31,197 nucleotides of DNA, from the NCBI GenBank assembly GCA_051294375.1, contig JBJCIZ010000506.1, positions 1-31,197 on the forward strand, written 5' to 3'. Position 1 is the first letter of the stretch; the number at the start of each line of letters is the position of its first letter. Below are positions 1 to 10,530 of the stretch, piece by piece. A model generated the notes under the pieces. It did no database searches. It was not told where the DNA came from and worked only from the letters and a program-made list of their open reading frames with translations. Made by a program: the position numbers and the translations under genes. The DNA comes from Paraspadella gotoi. Taxonomy: Eukaryota; Animalia; Chaetognatha.

Positions 1-354
1 AAAAAAAAAGCAAGAGAGTATTATGCATCGCGTGGCATGCCAACCGTTGTTTTTTCCCTTAGAACAACACTCGACCTTGTTCGCGTCAAAGTCACTCGCG
101 TTATTGACGGGAGACGAGACGACAACGACGACAACATCTAGACGAAAGACGACGACAACAGAAAACTAAGAAATAAAAACTGAAGAAAAAACAATCTGAA
201 TTATTCAAGTTATAAATTAGATTCGACGCTCTTATTTGGAAATTAATGCTCAAATCAGATATTTAAGATTACGTCCTCTTCCGAAGGAAACAAAAGCTGA
301 GGAGAAATAATAGTAACCAAAAAGAAAGGGAAAACGGAAGAAGAAAAATAATCA

Positions 355-360
355 CAAGAG

Positions 361-411
<51 letters not shown>

Positions 412-430
412 ACAAGAAGAAGAGTAGAGA
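355..430. repeat. Imperfect (GA)n microsatellite
   Basis: Directly visible GAGAGA run with a few interruptions. Confidence 0.95.
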
Positions 431-802
431 GAAATCCCATCACAGATGGCGATGAGTGTTGTGAGGTGAGTCGGCGCTTGAACCGTCTCGTCAATAGGAC
501 CGTGACGTGTTTGTAGAATCAACAGAGATTTTACACTTTTTACACTCGATGCTCCGACGTCGCAAAAGATGGCGGCACGGTCGACGTAAAAAGCTAGCGC
601 AGCACGCAAGTGTAGTATCAACTTCGTTTGCACGCCGAGAAGACTTTGCACCGATGAGATCGCCGTTACCGAAAAATCTACTCATTATTTTACGTAGCGG
701 GCGGCTGTTGAGAAGTTTGGAATATGAGGCTATTAGACAGGCTGTTTTAGAAAAGGCTGTTAGCTGGTTTATGTGTAACAGACGCTTAGCTCAGGGCACT
801 AG

Positions 803-805
<3 letters not shown>

Positions 806-893
<88 letters not shown>

Positions 894-900
894 GGAGAGG
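806..900. repeat. Imperfect (GA)n microsatellite
   Basis: Visible GA run; it explains the spurious RERERE/SLSLSL ORFs. Confidence 0.95.
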
Positions 901-1949
901 ACAATGCAAGTTATGAATAAAAATATATGAGCTAAATCTTTCTCACCATCTGTTTTCCTCAACTGCCAGAAGAATGGGAGAAAGAAAACAAAAAAGCAAT
1001 GGAGGAAAGGAAACCAACGGAGAAGGGGAAACACAACATGAAGGAAAAGAAACAATACGAATAGAGAAATTGAAATAAAAATCAGTGGAAGTAAGAAATC
1101 AAAAACTGACGACCCTGAAAATAAGACTCTGGCTAGTAAACACGGAGGTATGGTGAAGCGTATATATTGGAAAAAAACGAACACGAAAATAATAAAAATT
1201 ACAGCGGAGCAAAATAGGTCTTATCGAGAGGGAGAGAAAGTGGAAGTGAAACTAGAAATGGAAAAAATCTCGTGGCTGCGCCGAAGCCCCCGACTCGAAA
1301 AGGAGAAAGGAAGGAAATGGGAAGGGGGAAGAAAAGATCTTCGCGTCGCTCCTCCTCCTCACCGGCGACCCAATAAATTGCCCGAGAGGACAACACGCGC
1401 ACCGCGAATGGCCCGGGCTGTCCTCCGTGCACGTGCATGTGGTCCTAGGTGGAAAAAAAAACCTAACGGTGCATGGCGAGTGTGATGGCAAAGGTTGATA
1501 AAAAAAAAAAAACAAAAAATGGGGTGGGGAGGGGGGGGGGGGGGTAATTTCAAATAAGTCAAACGGTCATAACAGAGAGAAAATCAATTCATAGACAGTA
1601 GTACAATTATATGAATGGACTTTTGACAATACATAGACACGGGCTAAACTAGTAAAACATTTGAAATGTAAGGAAGCAAAACAAAGAAAAAAAAAACAAA
1701 AAAAAAAAACGAAAAATAGTATTTACAACAATAGGTGAGTGCTGTGTGAGTGCGAAGTTCCCATGCGCCATATATCCCCTATCACAGGCGTCCTCGTATT
1801 TGCTTTGATCGTTGATTTCAGGCGTAAATATTGGATTTTTTTGTTTTTGTTTTTTTTTGTGGCGAGACGACGCCGCGTCTCTTTTCTGCTTATTCGTAAT
1901 GGTTGATGCTTCCATGCGTTGCTCTCTTTTGTTTTCCATGGGCTTGTCA

Positions 1950-2790
1950 GGTTCGGAGTGGGACGGGCCGCGCTTATGTGCCTCGGGCGTCTGGGGAGGG
2001 AGAGCGCGCTGGGGTGCGCGTCCCGGAGTGCTTTCGTATTCGCGCGAACGGTGGTCGGGAGGGCGCCGGGAACTCAGTTGTTACGAGCCTGATCTCAGAC
2101 GTCCTCTAGCGCGGGGGAGGATCGCGTTCAAAGGATAATCAGAGTTGATATGCCAACGACCATCCTCAACGTCCGCCTTGTGGTGCTTTAAGCCAGGGCG
2201 TCCTAGCGGGGTCCTCGTATGTGTTTGGCGGGGTCTGTCGCAGCCTGTTGATTCCTTGAGGTACTTGTCGTAGTCCACAAATTTTGCAGATGGAGAATAC
2301 CAGTGCGCATTTGATCGGGGGGATTCCTCTCGAGAGGCTAGGGAAACGATGGTGATGGCCGAGGACGACGTAGAAATGACAGGTACGATTGTTAGCTTGG
2401 GCAGATCGACTCTATATTTTGTGGCGGCGCCTTCCCGAAAGACGTGGTCACTCTCGTCTCTCCATCTCCGATTAAGTCTGAAGGAACATGTCTCCGGGTT
2501 GAATAGGTCACTCGTTACATAATTTCGTGGAAATTCTCCTTTGGAAAAGGCCCTTCGGCGAGCGCCATTTAGCGCGTCCATCTGCGCCATAGGGCGGTTC
2601 TCCAGGTTTGTACCCGCCCTTCTCCTCAAACGTTCTTTTGTCGCCAGATTTCCAGTTGGTCGCGAGCCCATCCGTCTGCCGTAGGGGATGAGGATCCCGT
2701 CGTTGTTGTCGCGGAACTTTTGCTCGCCTGATGGCAGCCTGATCGAGCCGATTGCTCACGAGCAGTCGTCGTCGTCTTCGCCTGCACGGG
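1950..2790 (-). CDS. 'Gene L', copy 1: unknown protein, frameshifted in this assembly, possibly extending 5' toward ~3355
   Basis: GC-rich block. Peptide segments shared with copy 2 include LFNPET, LASREESPRSNA, YLKES, PGLKHHKADVE and LNAIL. No recognisable domain. Confidence 0.55.
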
Positions 2791-3360
2791 GTAGACGGGG
2801 TCCGTGGCACTTTATGATCACAACCTCGTCTTTCTACGACGACATGCTATCTCGTCGTGTGGGCTGAAGTCCTTGTATTTTGCCAATATGAGCCGTAGCC
2901 TGATAACCATGAGTGGCGTGTGGAGACTCTCCAAGTCCGCACAGCTGATGGGCGGTCTGGTTCGGGAGGTGTAGGAGCCGATGAGGTGGTGTACCGTTGC
3001 TGAGCATTGAAACCTCGTCCTGGGTCGTTGCAACTATGCCGACAAATCTCTGGAAGCAACGGGCGTTGGCTCCAGCAGGGAGAGAAAGGCGAGTAGGGCC
3101 GGGCCAGAGGCCCCGGCCCTCATACGATCCATTTTCTTTACTCGGGTGGGTGAGGGGGGTGAAGGTCCTATTTGGCTTCCCTTCTTGTTTGCGGTGGGGT
3201 TTTCTTCGATCTGCCAAGGGGGGGAGTAGAAGACCGATTAGTTGGCAACCATGGGCAACATCAATGAAATCGTGAAAACAATGGCAAATAATGTGAACAT
3301 GCAAATCGTAACAAAAATTCCCGATCGAAAGGGGAAGGCTTCGATTAGCTTCCAAATGAC

Positions 3361-3700
3361 ATGTTTTTATGTCTCTTACAACGGCGACGAATTTTAATCA
3401 TGTTTCCCGCTCTTTTTTTTAATTCGTGCGTTCTGTCAATCCTGGACCCGCTTGATTATCTCCCTAGCAACGGTGACGTGCTTATTCCGTTTCATGTTTT
3501 TAGACGTTTAACAACGTTTTTTTTGGTCTCGCTACAACGACGGCGATTTTTTTTATGTTTTCCCGCCCTTTTTCTTGATCCGCGCGTTCAGTCCAACCGG
3601 GTCGCGCGTTATATCTCCTAGCACGGTGACCTACTTATTCGTTCAATGTTTTTTAGAACGTTTAACAATGTCTTTTCGTCTCGTAGCCAACGGCGGTGGG
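3361..3700. promoter_or_regulatory. ~150 bp tandem repeat (about 2.3 units) with X-box (RFX)-like and E2F-like motifs; candidate bidirectional promoter/enhancer
   Basis: Unit elements recur: GTTTCCCGC (~3402, ~3558), ATCTCC(C)TAGCAAC (3458-3471, degenerate at ~3613), CTTATTC..ATGTTTT..ACGTTTAACAA. Lies between divergent genes L and R. The repeat is seen directly; the regulatory role is inferred. Confidence 0.6.
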
Positions 3701-4158
3701 CCTCGTAATCGCTTTTCTCGCTCATTGTTATACAAATTTATATCCTCGGTCAGGGGTGGCCCCCAGGCCCGCTGCGGGCACTCTTTTTTCATGAACAGCC
3801 TATAAAACGTATGTGTATTTTATCCTCGTGCTAATCAATCATCCGTCCAAGTAAAAAGTTACTCTAGGCTTGGGTTGTCGATGCGTTGCGCCTCCTCTTC
3901 ATCCAGCGGTAATCTTTCATCCTCTTTCGGCGGTAAAATATTTTCTCACATCGGCGGTGACTTTTGTTTCCTCTCCCCTCCGGGCGCAGTTCCTCGGGTC
4001 CTCGCCGATCGGTTTTCCTCTTCCTCTTCCTTCCTCCTCGTTGATTCTCAGAAAAGTTTCGAAGTCTCCGGGAGGGACTTTCACAAACCACGCTTGCCAG
4101 CTCCACTGCAAAAGACCTCCTTTTTTATTCGCTTTAAAAGAAAACTCGTTTCAAGAAA

Positions 4159-6237
4159 ATGGCGCAAAGATCTTCCATCTTCGATCGTTTAATTTCCATT
4201 CCCGGCGTCCTACGGTACTTGGACGAGATATTTCCGGTGCGCGTTGATGGCGTTCAATTTCGCGCCCCGATGCCCTCCACCCTTCAGCTACATTTGCTGA
4301 TGGGGAACTACTTGGGCGGATCCCGGATGACGGCGAGCCGCGCTTTTCAACAGTCGCGGTGGGCGACCGTCCGGGCGGCCGCTAACTCGCCTCCTCCTCC
4401 GAGTTTGGCGTCACGTATCCTCTATTTCGCTCCTTTTTTGTCGCGGCTCTCGGCTGGTGAGTACCCTCGTTTAGTTCCGCTTGTTTGGGGGGGAAGCCGG
4501 GGTTTTGTATTTAAAATCAGTCCTTTCTCGTTATCTATTCAGTTCCAATCGTCGGGCGGGCGCCTTTTACTCTCAGGGCCCGACCCTCTGCGTTTGGTCG
4601 ATCGCGCCGCTCCAAGCGGGCGCGGGAATATTTCAGCGGTCCGCCCGTTGGATCTCGGTCAGCCTGGAGGGCGGCGAAATGCCTGTCGAGGCCGTCCTTG
4701 CGGTGGCCCGCGGTCATGGCGGGTCTATTATGGCCAGGTTTCGACTTCCGGTGACGGGCTCTACCAGCCACCTGCCGCTGTAAGTATTTTTACATACATT
4801 TTTATGTCAAGTAGTTTCTTGCTCTGATTCGTGTCTTTCTTTAGTTCCGTTTTGTTTTCGCTGATATTATATTATCGCCATTCTTCCATTCTCTCAGTGT
4901 CCAAGTTTGGCCCGCACGACCAGCGCCGCTCGGCGATAGTGGATGCCTCCGCCGGGCACCTTGGCCGCTATCAGCTGCCGCGCAATCGTCCAGTGACGCC
5001 GCCGGTAAAGAACCTCGGTAGTTCTGTTTTTCTCCTGTTCTATCGTTCTCCTACGTTTATTTAATTTGTTCATTTATTTATTTATTTATTTATTCGTCTG
5101 TTAATTTCATCTACTTGTATCGTTTGTTTATTTTTGATCTACTCTTTTCTCTTTTTTTTTTTTCAGGACGCCGACCATGTCGTCGTCGGTCAAATTGGGC
5201 GTGGCGGCCAACTGCCTCTCGTAATACTCTCGTTATTCTTAGCTTTTTGTTTGTTTGTCTTTGACCGTCCATGTTTTCTTAGAAATGGTGGAATCGGATT
5301 AATTACTCATAGTGGTGCCTCGTTGTTTTCTCAGGCTCAGGCTGCGCCCTGACACGACGGCGTCCTCGACCACGGTGGGTTCCGCTGGGACCCCGCCAAG
5401 GCGTCCGCCGCCTCCGTGGCGCCCAGCGGGTCGTCTCAGGCCGCCTCGACCTCTGTTCCCGGCAGCCGGTGCCAGCTCTCAGTGATTCGGTGGCGAGTTC
5501 CGCGGCGCCCGCTCGTCCCTCCTCGCCCGGCGGGGAGTCGTCTGCGACTCGTCATCATCTTCCCCGGGGACTTCCGTCTCGTCGTCGTCTCCGAGGACGC
5601 CTCCCGCCGGCAAACGTCCATGGCGGCCTGTTTCACCCCTCGTCCGCGAGGAGGCCGTCGAGCCCAAATCAAAGAGGTCTCGCGATGGGAAAAGGCAGCG
5701 AAATCGTCTGGGTCGAAGCGGCGGTCTTCCAAGGCGAAGGCCGCTTCTCGAAAGTCGCCGAAGAAGTTCCCGTCGCTCACCAGTGGTTGCGCCTTGAGAC
5801 GGCGTCCACGCGCGGACCGGGTCCGGCGTCGTCAAAGCGATCGGATTCCTAAGAAGTCATCGAAAGCCGGCGCCGTCGGGGTGGCGTCACAGGTGGTGGA
5901 AATCGTCGGGAGGCGAGGCCGCTGGGGCCGGACCCAAGGCGGCGTCTGACTCGCCGGAGGAGAAAGGCGTTCGGGGTGGGAAGGCCCGGCGCTGTTCCGT
6001 CCCCCGCCGCCAACGCCAACACCGACGCCGACGCCAGCTCTAGCGCCACAGCAGTTATACTGCGGCCGAGGGCGCCTCGAGCGCGCCCGGGCGCTCGCGA
6101 GTTGGCGCCGTGTCCAAAATCAGGGGCAGTATACGACCCCGTGCCGCGTTGTCGGGTCAATAACTAATCCCCGCTGGTCATCATCAGGCGCCCACCCGTG
6201 GCGTTATCATGGCCGAAATTTTATCCCCGGTGTTTAG
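4159..6237 (+). CDS. 'Gene R', copy 1: five-exon gene, unknown N-terminal domain plus long basic K/R/S/A-rich low-complexity C-terminus
   Basis: ATG at 4159. GC-rich exons ~4159-4456, 4577-4779, 4898-5004, 5167-5220, 5335-6237, separated by T-rich introns. Donors are GTGAGT (4457), GTAAGT (4780), GTAAAG (5005; GTAAGA in copy 2) and GTAATA (5221; GTAAGT in copy 2), with polypyrimidine-CAG acceptors. Exact frame is uncertain because of indels. Confidence 0.7.
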
Positions 6238-6496
6238 ACTTAGTATTATATGTTCATTTTTAGATTCGTTGTGTTTGTTTATTTTTTTTTGTTCGCTTTT
6301 TTTTGCCTGTAAATATTCGTTCCTATTCATTTTGTTTACTCCGTTTTGCATGACCTAAATGTGTTTCGTAGTCATATATATAATCGATGTCTATATCAAT
6401 ATATTTTTGTATCTCGTAAAGGAAATCATATGTATTTGTTTTGATTCGATAAGAGAGAGACTTGTTTAGTTAAAATTGAAGAGTTTGTGTTAGACA

Positions 6497-6511
6497 GTTG
6501 CTCATGGCAAC
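6497..6511. promoter_or_regulatory. Near-perfect palindromic RFX X-box-like motif
   Basis: GTTGCTCATGGCAAC here and GTTGCCATGGGCAAC at 11464-11478 in copy 2; canonical X-box is GTTGCCATGGCAAC. Confidence 0.45.
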
Positions 6512-6989
6512 CGGAGGTGGTTTTTGATGTTTTTACATCAAATGGTTCAATCGAATGAAGTAGAAAAGGTCCTGCATCACGGGACGGAAATAGAACCCAT
6601 TTTCGGGCATCAGTAATAAGTTTTCGCAATTTTACTGCGTAAATAATTGATGCCTAATTAGATTTTTTTTTCGCTAGCGCGGCTAATGCAGAAGTCTTCA
6701 ACGTGCAACAAGTGGCCCATCTCGTCGTTCGTGAACTGGAAAGGACGTCCCGCTGTGCGAAGTAACGGGGGCGTGGTGAACGCGCGCGGGCCGATCCTCG
6801 TTTGCTGCAACGCGTTTCCAGGTGGCGTTGTATCATCTTGGGTCGTCGTAGCAGAAGCTCGCGTCGCTCTCCACTTACATCTTCGAGGCGTGGTTCACGC
6901 GTCGCAAATGCACGCGCTGCCACTAAGTAATGAACGGGGGCGTGAGGAGCACCGCGCAAAGGCCACGTGCTCGACACTTACATTTGAAA

Positions 6990-8401
6990 AAAAAAAGATC
7001 AGTTTTCTTCCGATTGAGGCGCTGCCGGCTGCGCGGAGCTTTTTCATAGTGCGTCTATGCACAACTCGAGGCTTGTTGCCGTCCATTGGTCCACTAAGAA
7101 GTCATCTCCCTCTTTTTTTTAGAATCGTGGCTATTTCATATTTCGGGCATAGTTTGTAACATTAAAGATTTAACTTTTGTTAGTTTTTCTTTTTCTACAA
7201 AATTTCTCCAAATAAGGACTTTTTCACCCGACGCCCAAACTCGGCGGTCATTCACGAGGATGAAGGCTTGGCGGCGTCTCCAGGTTTCTCTCTTTGCAAA
7301 ATTCTCTCAATCAATTCCTCAATGCGGATGTCTTTCCCATTTCCCTCTCAAATAGTCGCCGTCGGTTCCATCTGGCGCCTCCGCTTCCGGTCTCTCGGCG
7401 GTGGGCAGTTGTGGCTCTCTTCCATAAAAGAGGCGAAAGGGTGATGTCTGCAGGTCGTTGCTCATTCTCACCGGCGATATGTTGATGGCTCTGATGACTG
7501 ATTGCCAAGTGTCGATCCAGGGTTTCCCGCTCGGTTCCATGCGGCGGAGTAAATCGACGATGGTGGCGTTCATCTTCTCCGCCAGGTTCGAATTCTTCTG
7601 GGACGGCCGGAAATTGGCGGTGGAGAAGCCGAAGGACGTCTTCAGGCGTCCCATGACGCTGTTTACGAATTCTTTCCCTAGGTCCGTTGCTATTGTTTTT
7701 GTGGATAATTGATAAGAGTTGAAAATCGCCGCGATTGCGTCGGCGACCGTCTCGGCTGATTTATTCTTCAGCGCCGCCGCGAAGGCGTATCTGGAGGCGA
7801 CGTCGACGAGAACCAGGAGGTAGCGGAACCCTCGGATCTCCTCCAGCTGCAATAGGTCGGCGTGGAGCGTGCTGGCTATGGCTGAGTCGAATATTTTTAC
7901 TTTTCTTCCTTTTGCAAGCCTCGCCTTCTGGGCTAATCTGCAGTTTAGACATTGATGGAAAACTTTTTCGCAGACGGCCTTCAAGTTGAAGATGTAGCAG
8001 ACCCTGCTAATGGCGCACCGCAGTCGCGACGGGTTTGTGTGGGCGAGGTCTACGTGGACGTCTTTGACTACTTTTCCCGCCATTTTCGGCGGCACTATGA
8101 TGGATAAGTAAGTCGACCCGTCGTCATTAATTCCTTTATAATATAAGGTATTATGATTAATTTCTAGGTTATCTCTTATACTCATGATATGGTTCAAATA
8201 TTTGGATCGCACGCGCAGAACGTGTTCCTCCGGCGTCACGCCCATCTCGAGCGCCTCTATTGCTGCGAGCGTGTCCACGCATTTCTGCTGCGCCGCCGCT
8301 ATCTCTCCTTTGTTGACGTCGGCCTCGCCGCATGGCGGGGAGTTTTTCATCGTTTCGGCGATTGCGGCGTGGTTTTCTAGGATCTCGGTCGCCTGAATCA
8401 A
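6990..8401 (-). CDS. Retroviral-type integrase (HHCC zinc finger + rve DDE core + C-terminal extension)
   Basis: ORF 7319-8401 has HVDLAH...CLNC, then TLHAD, YLLVLVDVASRY, IATDLGKEF, NLAEKMNATI and SPFRLFYGREP. A frameshifted continuation gives GEKVLIW...KL and PRVVHRRTMKKL, resembling the GPY/F-type C-terminal module. Confidence 0.96.
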
Positions 8402-9003
8402 AAGCTGCGTGGATCGCCTCTTCGATCACTTCCGGTCTCGTGGCGTCTCCGTGGAACGCGCAGAGGCATCCAATGTCGTCCGCCTCTATTCGGTCTCTCT
8501 TCTTCTTCCACTTCGTTCTGGGTATTATGCTGTCGATCGGAGCACTTTGGTATTTTTTGACCAATTCTCCTCCCTCAGGGGACTTTGGTATTGTGATATC
8601 CAGATCGGGCTCCCCCTGGGGCAGAATTTTTGGGTTTTCGTCTGGGCAGGTTTTATCAGCTGGATTTAGTATTTTCGGGCATTTGTTGCCTATTTTGGGA
8701 ACTGGTTTTAGCTGGATCACCCCATCGGGATGTATTATTTGTACTGGGTGATTAGATGGCATTTTTATTGTTTGTAATCTGATAAGAATATCTTCTTGGT
8801 TATTGTGTTTCTGGTCCAAGGTTGGGGGGTTTAGAGCTAATTCCCCATTTGCGTGCGTTGGCTGTGGGTGTCTTGCATATACTTTGGTGTTGGCTGTTGT
8901 TGGGCCATTATTCGTTTTGTGCCTTGTAGTGGCTGTGGCGTCTCCAGTTCTCCCTATGCCTTTTCTTTCCTTTGGCTTGCTTTTCGGTCTGTATTTCTTC
9001 TCC
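8402..9003 (-). CDS. Long P/K/N/T-rich linker between RNase H and integrase
   Basis: Open frame KKKYRPKSKPKERKG...LDQKHNNQ...IEEAIHAAF joins the integrase ORF through a frameshift near 8400. Confidence 0.65.
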
Positions 9004-9379
9004 TAAGAATACAGAGAGGGGGTCTTCTTCCTCATTTTGTTGATATTCCACTACTCCCATAAGGTAGCACATTTGATCAGCTGCTCTGGTATCCTCTGCT
9101 GATGATCATTCTAGTGCTAATGGCATCTCGCTCTCCAGAATGCTTTGTTTAATTCTACAATTCTTCAGAGAAGTCATCTGTTAGTAAGATCATCCAGATG
9201 ATGTGGAGGTTTGTCATCTTCGCACGCCTTGAAGAGGTGTCTTCGGCCGGGTCATATAGAGACCTCTGGTTTGACGATCATCTTATGGTCCTATTAGTCG
9301 GCTGTGGTGATTTACACAGGATGGTGCGCGGAAACAAAAGAATTCTCCACTGTGCAGCATTGGGGTTGGCGTGGGCAGT

Positions 9380-9660
9380 GATGAGATCTGTGTCCTCGCC
9401 CAATTGTTGTGTACTGATGCCGAGTCTGTGACGACCAGGAATTTACGGAAACGGAGGAAAGAGTGACATTTGTTCCATTGCCTGGTAGAGTCCAACAGTT
9501 CTTTTCTGTTGATGTGGTATTTTGCTTGTTGTTGTGTAAACATGCGGGATCCGCATATACACACATCAGTTTTTTGTTCCTGAGGGTGAGAGGGCAGCTC
9601 CATAGCTGATTTCTGAAGCATCTGTGAAGAGTAGGAAGACACTCTTGTCAATATCCTCTT
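9380..9660 (-). CDS. RNase H domain of pol (frameshifted)
   Basis: VFLLFTDASEISYGAAL in one frame, then CICGSRMFTQQQAKYHINRKELL...FLVVTDSASV in ORF 9283-9651. The D..E..D catalytic residues are recognisable. Confidence 0.9.
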
Positions 9661-9899
9661 GGACTAATAAGTGGAGCCCATTAGTATTTGTTACTAAGTG
9701 TAACAGTTCCCTCAGGTGGATGATTATTTTCGGGGTTAGTTTGAACCTTGGTGATGCCTGCTTCTGCGTTCTAATTCTTCGTATAGCTTTTTTTGTTCGT
9801 TTGGCGAACCCTTGGCTAAAGGATTCTAAAAAAGCTCAAGGACTGGGCCAATTGTAAAACTTTTTTACGGCTGGTGGGTAGTGGCCTGGACGAGTAGTC

Positions 9900-10530
9900 T
9901 GAGAGTTTCTTTTTTCCCGGGAAGATTTTTCCTTCACGAAATTCATATCCCAAGAATTGAGAAGGCGCTATCAGTATCCTCTACGTTCATTGCTACGCAG
10001 GACCTCACCTGGCTTCAAGAGCAGGTTTTGGTGTTTGCAGCGTTCCAAGAAGACCCTAAATTGGGCAATGCTTTCTCCCACAGTTTTTGCTTTAAGCGAG
10101 AAATTGTCTGCATAGGACAGATAGGTTCCAATGGGGAAGCTGTCCCGAAAGGTCAGCTCAATGACTCGCGATGCTGTTGGGAAGGCCGGTGCAGCTCCCA
10201 TGGTGGTCCTTTGGAAGTTGTATGATTTCATGTCTGCACCGTAGATTGCCGTTATGCCTCTGCAGTTTGTGGAAAGTGGGATGTTGTAGAAAAAGTTGCT
10301 AAAATCAGCCGTCGTGAAATAGCATTCCTTTTCCATGAAGATCATCATTTCCCTCATGCTCACCAAATAGTTGGAAAAGGGTTTCATGGCCTTGCAGAGA
10401 TGGGCCTTCGGTCTGCCACTAATCGGAAGTTTTGCAGCTACCCTCATATCTGTGGCCTTCCTTAATTGGTCTAGTTAGACGATTTTACAGTTTTTCTTTT
10501 CAATGACGACGAGCATTTTGCCACTCCGTA
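9900..10530 (-). CDS. Reverse transcriptase domain with YADN motif (frameshifted)
   Basis: MLVVIEKK...LRKATDMR...FTTADFSNFFYNIPL...YNFQRTTMG...YLSYADNF...NLLLKP...FSILG align to the successive LTR-class RT motifs. Confidence 0.92.

Larger units (their letters stand above)
1113..6712. repeat. Copy 1 of a ~5.6 kb block that is duplicated in inverted orientation later in the window
   Basis: Reverse-complement matches by eye: 1113-2785 to 24015-25626; 3270-5323 to 20429-22432; 5460-6336 to 11753-12648; 6453-6712 to 11269-11520. Differences are mostly single-base indels. Confidence 0.95.

Noticed and set aside
255-1184. ORFs with SLSLSL/RERERE or Phe-rich content
   Set aside because: They are translations of GA microsatellites and purine-rich low-complexity DNA.
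1521-1544. G-rich tract as the element's PPT
   Set aside because: It is purine-rich on the + strand, the wrong strand for a minus-strand pol.
1950-3355. Gene L as an env gene, given its position downstream of pol
   Set aside because: No signal peptide, transmembrane anchor or cysteine pattern is visible.
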